Assembly: GCA_963555995.3 (NCBI GenBank)
Contig: OY821641.1
Span: forward strand, 2,688,001 to 2,752,000
From: Vicinamibacteria bacterium
Lineage (GTDB): Bacteria > Acidobacteriota > Vicinamibacteria > Marinacidobacterales > Marinacidobacteraceae
Reading direction: 5' to 3'
DNA: 64,000 nt
Part shown: piece after piece, positions 31,208 through 41,152 of the stretch
Layout: every line of letters begins with the position of its first letter
Position numbering within the stretch: the stretch's first letter is position 1
Program-made: the position numbers and the translations under genes
Notes under the pieces: generated by a model
Database searches by the model: none
The model's input: the letters and a program-made list of their open reading frames with translations, nothing else
What the model was told of the DNA's origin: nothing

Positions 31208-31564
31208 TCACACCTCCTCATGTGAGCTCGCGGCTTCCTCTGCCTTCTTCGCCTCCGCCTTCTTCGCCTCCGCCTTCTTCGCCGCGGCCTCTAGCTCGGA
31301 CTTTAGAGACGGCGCCAGTGTTTCCAGAAGGAGCATCGCGGATCGCCTGGACATAACAACAGCCGCTGACGGGACAATCAGGGTGGACACGACTCCGTCA
31401 GTTGTCCGGCCGGGAACTTCTTGCGGAGCTAGATAACCGAAGTAGATCAGAATCTCGTCCTGACTCCCGTGTACCGAAAACGCGTCGGCTGGCCTCGGCA
31501 ACCGGTCGGAAACTGTCCCCCATGACCAGTCCGGTTTGGTAGTTCCAGTCGTGTTCTCGGCCAT
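31208..31564 (-). CDS. Small hypothetical protein (possibly DUF3467-like) with KKAEA repeat tail
   Basis: Strong AGGAGG RBS; ADAFSV...DEILIYFG...AVVMS pattern; 15-bp tandem repeats near 31242-31283. Confidence 0.65.
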   Translation of the reverse strand: MAENTTGTTKPDWSWGTVSDRLPRPADAFSVHGSQDEILIYFGYLAPQEVPGRTTDGVVSTLIVPSAAVVMSRRSAMLLLETLAPSLKSELEAAAKKAEAKKAEAKKAEEAASSHEEV

Positions 31565-32159
31565 GAAATCCTCCTAAGGAGTGTTTGAACAAACCCTCGT
31601 TGTCCGGCGACGGGGCATTTAGCACCGCTACGACCTCGCTCCAAAGCAAACTCGGTTTAGGGCTTGGCCCCGGTGACTCCAGCGGGATTCCCATCTGAAT
31701 AGCCATAGCGGCTCGGGAAACCCTGAACCTCTCAGCCAAGGAATCAAGATCTGACACACCATCAAAAAAGGCTCGCAGGAGCAGGTGTTTCGGCATCAGA
31801 ATGTCTGCTGCCATCTGATTCGCTTCGCGCTCTAGAGGGGTGCTCAGTCCGCTTCGATACATCACGTCGTGCTGGACCCCGTCGCCGATGAACTGGCGGT
31901 GTCGGACGAAATGCGCGATCTCGTGTGCAAGCGTGAAGCGGCGCCGGTGCTGATGATGAGATCCGTTCACGAAGACGGCGTAGCCACTGGGGCCTCCCCG
32001 GGGGCTCTTGCGAATCTGACCGGCCATGTCGTCGTCCCAATCACGAGTCTTGTAGACCTTTAGCCCCATCCCATGCGCAATCTTCAAGACGCTCACGGGC
32101 GCCGCTCTTTGGTGTCGTTCGATGACGCGCCGGCACTCTGCGGCTGTCAATTCTCGCAT
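31398..32159 (-). CDS. ImmA/IrrE-family Zn metallopeptidase (DUF955)
   Basis: RRRFTLAHEIAH (HExxH) and EREANQMAADILMP; the tail beyond about aa 161 may be stop-loss readthrough. Confidence 0.88.
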   Translation of the reverse strand: MRELTAAECRRVIERHQRAAPVSVLKIAHGMGLKVYKTRDWDDDMAGQIRKSPRGGPSGYAVFVNGSHHQHRRRFTLAHEIAHFVRHRQFIGDGVQHDVMYRSGLSTPLEREANQMAADILMPKHLLLRAFFDGVSDLDSLAERFRVSRAAMAIQMGIPLESPGPSPKPSLLWSEVVAVLNAPSPDNEGLFKHSLGGFHGREHDWNYQTGLVMGDSFRPVAEASRRVFGTRESGRDSDLLRLSSSARSSRPDN

Positions 32160-32164
32160 CAGGG

Positions 32165-32530
32165 CTACTCCTCGACCGGATCCTCGACTTCCGGTTCAAC
32201 TCCGAGAGGGGGTTGCTGCGTTGTGTCCCGGAAAAAAGCTGCCGCTACCTCCTCGGCAACCTTCCGCGCCTCAGTCCGAGCCGTCTCCTGGGCACGTTCC
32301 CGTATCTGGGTGTATCCCCAGATACTCAAGATGGCAATTCCGAATGTTGCCACCAGGAAAAACTGAGTGAGCAACGCGACCTGGAGCGAGACTGCGCTGA
32401 TCGCATTCGGCTCCTGTGCCCCGAAGTAGTAGAAACCGTCTAGCGCGAGCCAAGCCACCAGAATCCCGCTGAAACTGACAACTACGACCGTGCCAACCCA
32501 GAGCCCGACCGGCTTCCAAGAAAAATCCAT
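32165..32530 (-). CDS. Hypothetical two-TM membrane protein with charged helical tail
   Basis: Two hydrophobic segments then GYTQIRERAQETARTEARKVAEE; stop 5 bp before the IrrE start, with GAGGAG RBS in its 3' end. Confidence 0.7.
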   Translation of the reverse strand: MDFSWKPVGLWVGTVVVVSFSGILVAWLALDGFYYFGAQEPNAISAVSLQVALLTQFFLVATFGIAILSIWGYTQIRERAQETARTEARKVAEEVAAAFFRDTTQQPPLGVEPEVEDPVEE

Positions 32531-32949
32531 GCTCGGCTAAGCCCGTTGAGCGGTGTTCCGGAGGGGATTCACGACCTTCAATCCGATGTCATCAGGGACC
32601 AGTCACAACTGGCGTGGGCCGAGTGCGTCCGTGCGGCCCGCGACCAGCGGTTCCCTGTCGTGGACCCGGAGCGTCCCCCGGAGGGGAAGTGCCTGAGGGG
32701 CGTGGAAGCCTCACGCACCCGCTGTGGGGCGATCCTGTCCCGTTCGGCGGAGGAGAGCCTGCGGGCTCCGGAACCCCTCTCGAGACGAGCCGTCCCGAAG
32801 ACTCGCATCGTCTTCTGGAACACACAGAAGGCCTCACCAACGGGACCGAATCGGTTCATGGTCCGAATGATACGCCACACATTCAATTCAACCCATTGGA
32901 TCAAGGCAGGGCCGGACCGGATGCTGCTGGCCAAGTCTAGGGTTGCGAC

Positions 32950-32998
32950 GTGCGCGGCGCGGAGCGCCGCGCGTGCCGGTCTGGAGACCGGCGGTCCC
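32950..32998 (-). repeat. Single REP-like unit at the island border
   Basis: GCGCGGCGCGGAGCGCCGCGCGTGCCGGTCTGGAGACCGGCG, essentially identical to 60101-60142. Confidence 0.8.
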
Positions 32999-33003
32999 GG
33001 GCT

Positions 33004-34917
33004 CTACAGGTCGAGGGCGGTGGGGTCGGGGGCGCCGTTGCGGATGAGGAGGCGGCGTTCGGTGGGGTCCTTGCCCATGAGGGTGGCTATGAAGTTGTCG
33101 GCGGTGGGGCGGTCGGGGATCTGGACGCGGAGGAGGCTGCGGGTCTCGGGGTTGAGGGTGGTGTCCCAGAGGACCTTGGGCTGCATCTCGCCGAGGCCCT
33201 TGAAGCGGGTGATGGTGGGGGACTTTCCGCCGGAGGCGCGGAGGATCGATTCCTTGTCGGCGTCGTCGTGGGCCCAGTGGGTCTTGCCCCCGATCTCGAC
33301 CCGGTAGAGGGGCGGCTGGGCGACGAAGACCCGGCCCGCTTCGAGGAGTTTCCACATGAACTTCACGAAGTAGGCGAGCAGCAGGGTGGTGATGTGGTGG
33401 CCGTCGGCGTCGGCGTCGGCGAGCAGCACCACCCGGCGATAGCGGAGCTTCTCCGGGTCGCAGTCGTCGCCGGTGCCGCAGCCGAGGGCGAGGGCGATGT
33501 CCCGGAGCTCCGCGTTCTGGGCGACCTTCGCCCGGCTGGCCTGCGCCGCGTTCAGGATCTTGCCCCGGAGCGGGAGCACCGCCTGGTGCATGCGGTCCCG
33601 GCCCTGCTTCGCCGACCCGCCGGCGGAGTCCCCCTCCACGATGAAGATCTCGGTTTCGGCGGCGTTGCGGAGCGCGCAGTCGCTCAGCTTGCCGGGGAGG
33701 ACGGTCTTCTTGCGGGTCTCGGCCTTCCGGGAGACCGCCGCCGAGGCGGCGCGGGACGCCTCGCGGGCGCGGGCGGCGAGCACCACCCGGTTTGCGATGC
33801 GCTCCGCCGCGGTGGGTGACTGGTTCAGCCAGCGTTCGAGTTCGAGGCGGACGGCGGCGTCCACCGGCGCCCGCACCTCCGGGTTGTTGAGCCGGTCCTT
33901 GGTCTGGCCCTGGAACTGCGGGTTCGCCAGGAACACGCTCAGGATCGCCAGGATGCCCTCGCGGATGTCCTCCGCGGCGATGCTGACTCCCTTCGGAACC
34001 AGGGAATGCGTTTCGAGGTAGTTGCGGACGGCCTTGGCGAGCCCGTCGCGGAGCCCGGTCTCGTGCGAGCCGCCGGAGCCGGTGGGAATCCCGTTCACAT
34101 AGCTCCGGAACTCCTCCCGCGGCGCTTCGGTCCAGCCGAGGACGAGTTCGAGACGGCCGTCGCCGTTCAATGGGTCCCGCGACAGCTCGAAGGGCGCTTC
34201 GTGGGCCAGGGTCAGTTTGCGCTCCCCCGCCACCGCGTCGAAGTAATCGGGCAGGCCGCGCTGCTGCTTCCAGTCCTCCTGCGCGCCGGTCGCCTCGTCG
34301 CGGAAGGTGAGCCGGAGTCCCCGGTGGAGGTAGCTGGTCTCGAGAAGCCGGCCGGCGATCCGTTTCGCGTCCAGCTTGGGGTCCGGAAAGATCTGCGGAT
34401 CGGGGAGGAAGGTGATCTCCGTGCCCGTGCCCTTGCCGGGCCCGGTGTCCTTCAGCTTTCCGGTGGGCTTGCCGCGGCGGAAGGACATCGCCGATTGGCG
34501 GCCGCGCCGGCGGACCCGCGCGGTCAGGGACGCGCTCAGCGCGTTGACCACCGAGGCCCCCACCCCGTGGAGGCCGCCCGAGGCGTGGTAGGCGCCGCGG
34601 TCGAACTTTCCCCCCGCGTGCAGCGTGGTGAGGATCACCTCCAGAGCGGGCTTCTTCGACGGCTTGTGCAGGTCCACGGGGATCCCGCGGCCGTTGTCCC
34701 TGACCGTGACCGAACCGTCCCGGTGGAGCGTCACGTCAATCCGCGAGGCATGCCCGTTCATGGCTTCGTCCACGCTGTTGTCGAGGATTTCCCAGACCAG
34801 GTGGTGCAGCCCCTCGGTGTCCGTCCCGCCGATGTACATGGCGGGGCGCTTGCGGACCGGGGCGAGGCCCTCCAGGACCGTGATGTCCCGCGCGGTGTAT
34901 CCCTGCCGGTCGCTCAC
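33004..34917 (-). CDS. parE: Type IIA topoisomerase subunit B (ParE-like)
   Basis: [53 protein letters not shown]. Confidence 0.85.
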   Translation of the reverse strand: MSDRQGYTARDITVLEGLAPVRKRPAMYIGGTDTEGLHHLVWEILDNSVDEAMNGHASRIDVTLHRDGSVTVRDNGRGIPVDLHKPSKKPALEVILTTLHAGGKFDRGAYHASGGLHGVGASVVNALSASLTARVRRRGRQSAMSFRRGKPTGKLKDTGPGKGTGTEITFLPDPQIFPDPKLDAKRIAGRLLETSYLHRGLRLTFRDEATGAQEDWKQQRGLPDYFDAVAGERKLTLAHEAPFELSRDPLNGDGRLELVLGWTEAPREEFRSYVNGIPTGSGGSHETGLRDGLAKAVRNYLETHSLVPKGVSIAAEDIREGILAILSVFLANPQFQGQTKDRLNNPEVRAPVDAAVRLELERWLNQSPTAAERIANRVVLAARAREASRAASAAVSRKAETRKKTVLPGKLSDCALRNAAETEIFIVEGDSAGGSAKQGRDRMHQAVLPLRGKILNAAQASRAKVAQNAELRDIALALGCGTGDDCDPEKLRYRRVVLLADADADGHHITTLLLAYFVKFMWKLLEAGRVFVAQPPLYRVEIGGKTHWAHDDADKESILRASGGKSPTITRFKGLGEMQPKVLWDTTLNPETRSLLRVQIPDRPTADNFIATLMGKDPTERRLLIRNGAPDPTALDL

Positions 34918-37265
34918 GGCGATCCCTCCAGCGGCTCGGGCAGGGTGATCTCCTGTCTCACCCGCTCAAAGCCCGCCTTGTTGACGAGTTGCCCGCGGCG
35001 GCCGCGGGCGCCCACCTTGAACTTGTCACCCCGGGCGATCAGGCGCGTTCCCCCGCCCTTCGTCACCGCCACCAGCGGTTCCCGGCGCCGCGCGACGCGG
35101 AAGCCGATGACCTGGTCCCCGGGGCCGAGATTGATCGCCTTCACCCCCAGCCCGGCGCCCGACAGCACGTTGATCTCCTCCACGTCGCAGAGCAGCGCCC
35201 GGCCGTTGCGGGTCGCCAGGATGAGCGTGTCCTCCCCGGTGGTGAGCACCGCCCCGATGATCTCATCGCCCTCCTTCAGCCGCGCGAAACGGCGCCCGTT
35301 CCGGTTTGACGGCTGGAGGAAGCCTTCGAGACGGAACCGCAGTGCGTAGCCGCTCTTCGTGAGGCCGATGGCGTGCCGTTCGGGTACCCGGCCCTCCGGG
35401 GCGGAGACCTCGCCGTCGAGGGTCCGGGGATCGAGGCCGAGCAGGCTCACGATCCGCTCCCCGTCGCGCAGCGTGAACAGCTTCTGCACCGGGTCCCCGT
35501 ACCCGGTCGTCGCCGGCACGTCCGCCAGCCGGGCGGTGAAGGCGGTTCCCAGCGACGAGAAGAGGATGACCGAGGCGCGCGTGCTGCCGGGTTCGAGCGC
35601 CAGGACCTCGTCGCCCTCGCGAAGCCGCAGCTTGTCCAGTTCGCGGACTTCGCGCTGGCGCTTGATCCAGCCGTCGCGGGTGAGGATCAGGATGGTGTCC
35701 TCGGCGAGGATGAAGTCCTCTTCGGCGAACTCGGCGTCCCCGGCGGTGTCCGCGAACGCGGTCAGGCGCGGCTGGCTGCCGCGCCAGCGGTCCCGGATCT
35801 CGACGAGCTCGGCGCGCACCAGCGCGGTGATCTCCGCCTCGCTCTTCAGCAGTCGTTCCACCTCCCGGAGCCGTTTCCGGCGCTCCCTGCGCTCGTCGAG
35901 GATCACCTGGATCTCGAGGCGGGCCAGCCGGTACACCTTCAGTTCAAGCACGGCGTCGGTCTGTTCCTGGTCGAGCGGCAGCTCCGCCATGATCTTGCGG
36001 GCGGCGTCGGCCTTGCCGTCCGAGGCGCGCACGATCTCGATGATCCGGTCGAGGGCGTCGAAGACCCTGGCGAAGCCCTCGAGGAGGTGGAGGCGCGCCT
36101 TCAGCTTCCGCCGCTCGTCTTCGAGCCGGCGGCGGACGACCTCCCGGCGGAAGTCGAGGAAGTCGAAGAGGATGGTCCGGAGTCCGACGCGTTCGGGAAT
36201 CCCGCCCGCGGACCGGTGGAAACGCAGGCACGTCAGGTCCACGGATACCGGGGACTGGAGCGGCGTGCGCTTGTAGAGGAAGGCCAGGATCTTTTCCGGC
36301 TCGACCTCCTTCCGCACCTCCAGCCGGATCTGCACGTCGTCGGTCGAGAGGTCGCTCACGTCCAGGAGCGCCGGGAGGGAGCGGTCCGCCACGATCTCGC
36401 CGAGGCGCTGGACGAGCTGGGCCTTGTTGACCCCGTAGGGCACCGACGTGATGAAGAGCGTCCGGAGGTGGCGCCGGATCCCGTCGTCCCGGACCGTGCC
36501 GCGGACCTGGACGGACCCCTTCCCCTCCTCGTAGATCGCGGCCAGCCTCTCGGGAGGGTCCAGGATCTCGCCGCCGGTGGGGAAATCCGGTCCGCGGACC
36601 GTTTCCGCCAGTTCCCGGCTACCCACTTCCGGGTCGTCGAGCAGCCGGATGAGCGCCGAGACCACCTCGATGAGGTTGTGCGGCGGGATGCTGGTGGCGA
36701 CCCCGACCGCGATCCCGGTGGAACCGTTCACGAGCAGGAGCGGCAGCCGCGTCGGGAGCACGACGGGTTCGGTACGGGCGCCGTCGTAGGTCGGGCGGTG
36801 GTCCACGGTGTCCGCGCCGATTTCTCCCAGCACGTCTTCCGCAGCAACCGCGAGCCGGCACTCGGTGTACCGCATCGCCGCCGCCGGGTCGCCGTCGAGC
36901 GACCCGAAGTTGCCCGCCCCCTCGATCAGCGGCAGGCGGGACGCGAAGGGCTGCGCCATCCGCACCAGCGCCTCGTAGATGGCCGCGTCGCCGTGCGGAT
37001 GGTAGCCGCCCATGACATCTCCCACCACCTTGGCGCACTTGCGGAAACGGCCGTCGGCGCGGAGCCCCTGGCGCCACATGGTGGTCAGGATGCGGCGCTG
37101 GACCGGTTTCAGGCCGTCGCGGACGTCGGGAAGCGCCCGGCTGCCGATCACCGACAGCGCGTAGGTCCGGTAGCGGTCCTGGACGACCTCTCCGAGCGGG
37201 GCCGGAACGCCGTTCGTCCCGTTATCCGTCCCGAGCGGCAGGGGGCGCTGTCTCGATCGCGCCAC
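34914..37265 (-). CDS. parC: Type IIA topoisomerase subunit A (ParC-like, no GyrA-box)
   Basis: [22 protein letters not shown]; shortened CTD lacking QRRGGKG. Confidence 0.85.
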   Translation of the reverse strand: MARSRQRPLPLGTDNGTNGVPAPLGEVVQDRYRTYALSVIGSRALPDVRDGLKPVQRRILTTMWRQGLRADGRFRKCAKVVGDVMGGYHPHGDAAIYEALVRMAQPFASRLPLIEGAGNFGSLDGDPAAAMRYTECRLAVAAEDVLGEIGADTVDHRPTYDGARTEPVVLPTRLPLLLVNGSTGIAVGVATSIPPHNLIEVVSALIRLLDDPEVGSRELAETVRGPDFPTGGEILDPPERLAAIYEEGKGSVQVRGTVRDDGIRRHLRTLFITSVPYGVNKAQLVQRLGEIVADRSLPALLDVSDLSTDDVQIRLEVRKEVEPEKILAFLYKRTPLQSPVSVDLTCLRFHRSAGGIPERVGLRTILFDFLDFRREVVRRRLEDERRKLKARLHLLEGFARVFDALDRIIEIVRASDGKADAARKIMAELPLDQEQTDAVLELKVYRLARLEIQVILDERRERRKRLREVERLLKSEAEITALVRAELVEIRDRWRGSQPRLTAFADTAGDAEFAEEDFILAEDTILILTRDGWIKRQREVRELDKLRLREGDEVLALEPGSTRASVILFSSLGTAFTARLADVPATTGYGDPVQKLFTLRDGERIVSLLGLDPRTLDGEVSAPEGRVPERHAIGLTKSGYALRFRLEGFLQPSNRNGRRFARLKEGDEIIGAVLTTGEDTLILATRNGRALLCDVEEINVLSGAGLGVKAINLGPGDQVIGFRVARRREPLVAVTKGGGTRLIARGDKFKVGARGRRGQLVNKAGFERVRQEITLPEPLEGSP

Positions 37266-37310
37266 GGGTCAATGCCCCGACAGATCGCGGGGGAGTTCGA
37301 AGGGGAGACA

Positions 37311-37691
37311 ATGGTCGCCGTGCGCAGCAGCCGGCATCAGGGTCTGGCGCTCCTCGCGCTGTCGTTGATCAGCCTGGGCGCCGCCGCCCTTCTCCGGGAC
37401 GTGGCTCCGGACGTCACCCTCTGCGGCGTCAAGGCGCTCTCCGGGCTGCCCTGCCCCTTCTGCGGCGGGGTCCGCGCCACCGCGGCGCTCGGGCGCGGAT
37501 CGCTGCTGGAAGCGTTCGCCTGGAATCCCGCGGTCACCCTGCTCCACGCCGGGATGTTCGCGAGCGGCGCCGCGCTGGTCCTGGGCCGAACGCCGGTATG
37601 GCTCACTCCGGGACGCCAGCGGTTCGTGTTCCGCGCGGTCGTCGTCATCCTGCTCGCGAACTGGTTGTACCTGATCGCGGTGGGGCGCTGA
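37311..37691 (+). CDS. DUF2752-like membrane protein
   Basis: LC...SGLPCPFCGGVRA...AFAWNP motif; GGAG RBS. Confidence 0.8.
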   Translation: MVAVRSSRHQGLALLALSLISLGAAALLRDVAPDVTLCGVKALSGLPCPFCGGVRATAALGRGSLLEAFAWNPAVTLLHAGMFASGAALVLGRTPVWLTPGRQRFVFRAVVVILLANWLYLIAVGR

Positions 37692-37733
37692 GAGTTCCCA
37701 CGCGGATCGGACCCGGCGCCGGACAGCCGCGGG

Positions 37734-38138
37734 TCAAGGCACGTCCTCCACATAGACCCGCACCTTGAGCCGCGTGGCGCTCCGCGAGTCGTTGGACCGG
37801 ATGGTCAGCCAGCGTTCGAGCACGCCCCGGTAGCGCCGGGTCTCGAGGGTCACCCGCAGCGTCGCCGCTTCCCCCGGCGGGATCACCGTGCGGTCGGTCA
37901 CCGCGGCGGCGCAGGCGCACGCGGACGCGATGCGGCCGATCTCCAGGTCCCGGCTCCCGGTGTTGTTCAGCGCGAACTCGTGGACCAGCACCTCCCCGGG
38001 AGCCGCCCGTCCGAAGTCCCACTCGCCGGGCTCGATCTCGAGCCGCGGCCCCCCCTGGAGGGCGTTTGCGGACGCCGCGGAAGCTCCCGCGGCGAGGATC
38101 GCGGCGATCAGGCCCGCCCCGGCAAGACATCGCTTCAA
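37734..38138 (-). CDS. Secreted DUF1573 (Ig-like) protein
   Basis: Signal peptide; WDFG...F.L.N.G...L.I....ACAC...IPPGE. Confidence 0.8.
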   Translation of the reverse strand: MKRCLAGAGLIAAILAAGASAASANALQGGPRLEIEPGEWDFGRAAPGEVLVHEFALNNTGSRDLEIGRIASACACAAAVTDRTVIPPGEAATLRVTLETRRYRGVLERWLTIRSNDSRSATRLKVRVYVEDVP

Positions 38139-38142
38139 CGGG

Positions 38143-38421
38143 TCAGTCCTCCTGCTCCGGGGTTTCGACCATCCTGAGAACCGCCGCCAGTCGCTCGTTC
38201 TCGTAGCGCACGACGTTCAGGAACAGGCTTTCTATCAGGTAGCTGCGGCGCTCGCCCGCATCCATCTCGTCCACCAGATGGCTGATCTCGCGGGTCATGG
38301 CCTCGTAAGTGTTGCGGAACTCGCTCCGCACCGAGACCTCCCGGTAGAGCGCCTCCAGGATCGCGAGCAGGTCGCCGTCCAGTTCGATCTCGCGACCGCC
38401 CTGCATTCGAATGGATCGCAT
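38143..38421 (-). CDS. Small conserved-looking hypothetical protein
   Basis: ATG overlaps the STAS gene stop; MRSIRMQGGREIELDGDLLAILEALYREV; typical codon usage. Confidence 0.7.
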   Translation of the reverse strand: MRSIRMQGGREIELDGDLLAILEALYREVSVRSEFRNTYEAMTREISHLVDEMDAGERRSYLIESLFLNVVRYENERLAAVLRMVETPEQED

Positions 38422-38780
38422 CACTCGTTCCCCCCGGTGCTTCCCGTGAGCGCGCGCACCGCCTCCCCCGCGGATCCGTAGATCGGAATGAACTCGTGGG
38501 CGCCCGTCATTCGGAGCATCCGCTCCACGCGTTCGAGGACCCCGGCAAGCGCGATCCGGCCCTGCTTCGCGGAGGCGCGCCGGTAGAGGTCCATGAGACA
38601 CCCGATCGCGGCGGAGTCCAGATAGTTCACCGGGGAGAGATCGAAGACCACCGCGGGCCGCTCGGCTTCGAGGTAGGGACCGACCTGATCCACGAAGGAA
38701 TCGAGGGTGGCGTAGACGAGACGTGCGACTTCGATGCGGACCACTACGGCGCCGCCGTCCGTGCGAGTGCTGACCTTCAT
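38421..38780 (-). CDS. STAS-domain anti-sigma factor antagonist
   Basis: FDLSPVNYLDSAAIGCL with the phospho-Ser motif. Confidence 0.9.
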   Translation of the reverse strand: MKVSTRTDGGAVVVRIEVARLVYATLDSFVDQVGPYLEAERPAVVFDLSPVNYLDSAAIGCLMDLYRRASAKQGRIALAGVLERVERMLRMTGAHEFIPIYGSAGEAVRALTGSTGGNE

Positions 38781-39466
38781 GACGTGGATCTCCGCCCGGC
38801 GGTGGAACCGGGTGGCCGACCGGGACTGTCCCTGTCGGCGACGAGGAGGCGCTTCAACTCGGCGCGCCCCCGGTGGATGCGGCTCTTGACAGTGCCTTCG
38901 GGAACGCCGAGGCGCTCACCGATTTCCTCGTAGGGCAGCTCCTGGAAGAACCGGAGCTGGACCACTTCCCGGAGCTTGGGGGAAAGGCCGTCGAGCGCGC
39001 GAAGCAGGCTGGCCCGCGCCTCCCGCTGCTCCAGCAGGCGGTCCGGGCCGAGCCGCGGACTCCCCGGCGTCCGTTCGAACGGGGCCTCCTCGGGGAGGAG
39101 CCGCTGGCGCTCGCGGACCTTCGTCCGGTAGTGGTCAATGCAGTAGTTGCGGGCGACCGAGTTGAGCCACACGGCGAAGTGCGCCCGCGGATCGAAACGG
39201 TCCAGTTGCCGGTAGACCCGGACGATGATCTCGTGGGTGAGCTCCTCGGCTTCCTGGTACTGGCCCGTGAAGCGATACGCGAGGGAGAAGAGCCTCCGGC
39301 GGTGCCGGCCGATGAGGTCCGCCCACGCGGTGTCGGGGTCCAGTTCACCGGCCCGCAGCGCCCGGATGGTCTCGATGTCCTGTGAGTTGCGAACGTCATC
39401 CGCTTCGCGTCCATCGCGGGCGACGGCAGGGGCTGGCGGCGCGGCGTTCGTGGCGAACTCGGTCAG
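38777..39466 (-). CDS. ECF sigma factor (probable CTG start)
   Basis: Frame open from 39472; region 2 RLFSLAYRF...AEELTHEI...F.VWL..VARNYCID and region 4 YEEIG..LGVPEGTVKSRIHRGR. No ATG/GTG/TTG before region 2. Confidence 0.85.
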   Translation of the reverse strand: MTEFATNAAPPAPAVARDGREADDVRNSQDIETIRALRAGELDPDTAWADLIGRHRRRLFSLAYRFTGQYQEAEELTHEIIVRVYRQLDRFDPRAHFAVWLNSVARNYCIDHYRTKVRERQRLLPEEAPFERTPGSPRLGPDRLLEQREARASLLRALDGLSPKLREVVQLRFFQELPYEEIGERLGVPEGTVKSRIHRGRAELKRLLVADRDSPGRPPGSTAGRRSTS

Positions 39467-39480
39467 GACAGGCTAAGAAC

Positions 39481-40302
39481 CTAGGTTTCGGGAACCTCGG
39501 GGCGTCCCGCCGCCACCCAGGCGGTGTACCAGAGGCTCGCGGTGTCGCGCGCCGCATCGGTCATCAACGCCCCGGTCAACCCACCAAGTTCGTTCCACAT
39601 GCCGTCCATGTAGAAGCGGTCGTAGCCGGCGACGCCGCGGCGCGACATGGAGTCGGTGAAGTTGATGTTGTCCACCCAGATGTGCGCCTTGAGCGGCAGG
39701 GACCGGATGAACTCGTGCGGCCGGTCGAGATACACGGCCGCCGAATCGCGCACCCGCAGCTCGTCGGCGAAGATCTCGATGAGCTGGGTGTCGTAGCGGC
39801 GGGCCAGACCGTCCTGCTGGGTCGCCTGTCCGTCGCCCGCCGCCGACGTGTTGGGCGGCGCCCCGACTTCGCCGACCAGCCACGCAACGTCGCTGGCGCG
39901 CTCCAGCACGAGCTCGAAGTCGGCCTCCTCGAACGCCTCCACCAGCGCGTCGTACGCCTCGAGGAGCCGCCAGAGACCGTCCCCGTTCTCGGAGATCTCT
40001 TCCTCGGAGAAGCGCCGCAGCGCCAACTCCCGGGTGGCCGGCACGTCCCAGAACGGGAACTCGTCGTACCGCTCCAGATAGAAGTGCGCCGTGTTCCGGC
40101 TGCGCGCCGGGTCGTCGAGCAACTCGTAGAAGGTGTCCTCGCGGTCCTCGAAGAAGTCCTTCAGCGGATCGCGGAGGGAATCAATCGCCTTCTCGGCGAT
40201 CTCCCGGTGGCCTTCCGGCCCCCAGGAGCGCGCGGGAGCGGTCGCGAGGGCCAGGCAGGCAAGAGCCGTGAGGGCAAAGACCCGGCGCCGCGTGGTTTCC
40301 AT
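39481..40302 (-). CDS. Secreted S1/P1 nuclease / Zn-phospholipase C-fold protein (degenerate)
   Basis: Signal peptide followed by WGPEGHREIA; C-terminal SLWYTAW. Confidence 0.7.
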   Translation of the reverse strand: METTRRRVFALTALACLALATAPARSWGPEGHREIAEKAIDSLRDPLKDFFEDREDTFYELLDDPARSRNTAHFYLERYDEFPFWDVPATRELALRRFSEEEISENGDGLWRLLEAYDALVEAFEEADFELVLERASDVAWLVGEVGAPPNTSAAGDGQATQQDGLARRYDTQLIEIFADELRVRDSAAVYLDRPHEFIRSLPLKAHIWVDNINFTDSMSRRGVAGYDRFYMDGMWNELGGLTGALMTDAARDTASLWYTAWVAAGRPEVPET

Positions 40303-40342
40303 AGCAGTGAGGGCGACAGTCCCGTGGACGGCCGGGCGAATT

Positions 40343-41140
40343 CTAGCGAGGGGCGCGGGCCACGGTCAGGACGTCCACGGGCCCGGCGCCCGCCCGGATC
40401 AGGGCCCGGACCGCCGCCTCGACGGTGCTTCCCGTGGTGAACACATCGTCCACCAGCAGGAGGGGCCGGCCGACGAGCCGTTCGGGCAACCGACCCGCCC
40501 GGAACGCTCCTCGGACGTTGCGGCGGCGGGCGCTCGGGCTCACCAGCGTCTGCGGCGGCCGGGACCGCCGCCGCAGCACGCCGCGCACCAGCGGAATCCC
40601 GAACTCCCGGGCGACCGGCCGGGCCAGCAGCTCGGCCTGGTTGAAACCCCGGCGCCTTCCCCGCCAGAACGGGACGGGAACCGCGACGACCGCGGCCGGG
40701 AACGCGCCCGCGGCGCCGGCGCCTTCGTCCCGGGACGCACGGCGGAAGGCCGAGACGGCGGGCCTCGCCAGGAGCTCGGCGAGCACCTCCCGCCGCCGGA
40801 ACTTGAGCTCCAGCAGGGCGCGCCGGAACGCGCCCTCGTACGGCGCGGCGGCCACCGCCATCCGGAAGGGCCGCCGGCGCGCCCGGCATTCGCCGCAACG
40901 GCCCGGCGCCGCGGAGGGCGCCAGAAACAGGCCGCACCCGGGACACGCGGGAACGGCAAGCGGGCGGAGGCCGTCCGTGCATTCCGGACACACGGGGCTG
41001 AGCAGAGGATCGTCGAGCGCCCGCTCGCACAGACAACAACCCTGCGGGAAGACGAGTTGCCCGACAGATCGCCTCCAGCGTACGGCGAAGCGGTCCCGCG
41101 CAGGAGCGGACGGGCGTCTCGCCGGGGCCCTGGTGTTCAG
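40343..41140 (-). CDS. comF: ComF-family phosphoribosyltransferase with double zinc ribbon (probable CTG start)
   Basis: FP..CCLC...CPEC, CPGC, CGEC, RGFNQA, LVDDVFTTGST. Confidence 0.88.
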   Translation of the reverse strand: MNTRAPARRPSAPARDRFAVRWRRSVGQLVFPQGCCLCERALDDPLLSPVCPECTDGLRPLAVPACPGCGLFLAPSAAPGRCGECRARRRPFRMAVAAAPYEGAFRRALLELKFRRREVLAELLARPAVSAFRRASRDEGAGAAGAFPAAVVAVPVPFWRGRRRGFNQAELLARPVAREFGIPLVRGVLRRRSRPPQTLVSPSARRRNVRGAFRAGRLPERLVGRPLLLVDDVFTTGSTVEAAVRALIRAGAGPVDVLTVARAPR

Positions 41141-41152
41141 GACGCCCTCCGC

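Noticed and set aside
32546-32940. Possible gene at the right edge of the island
   Set aside because: No frame gives a convincing protein; likely decayed or non-coding. Cannot be supported without a search.
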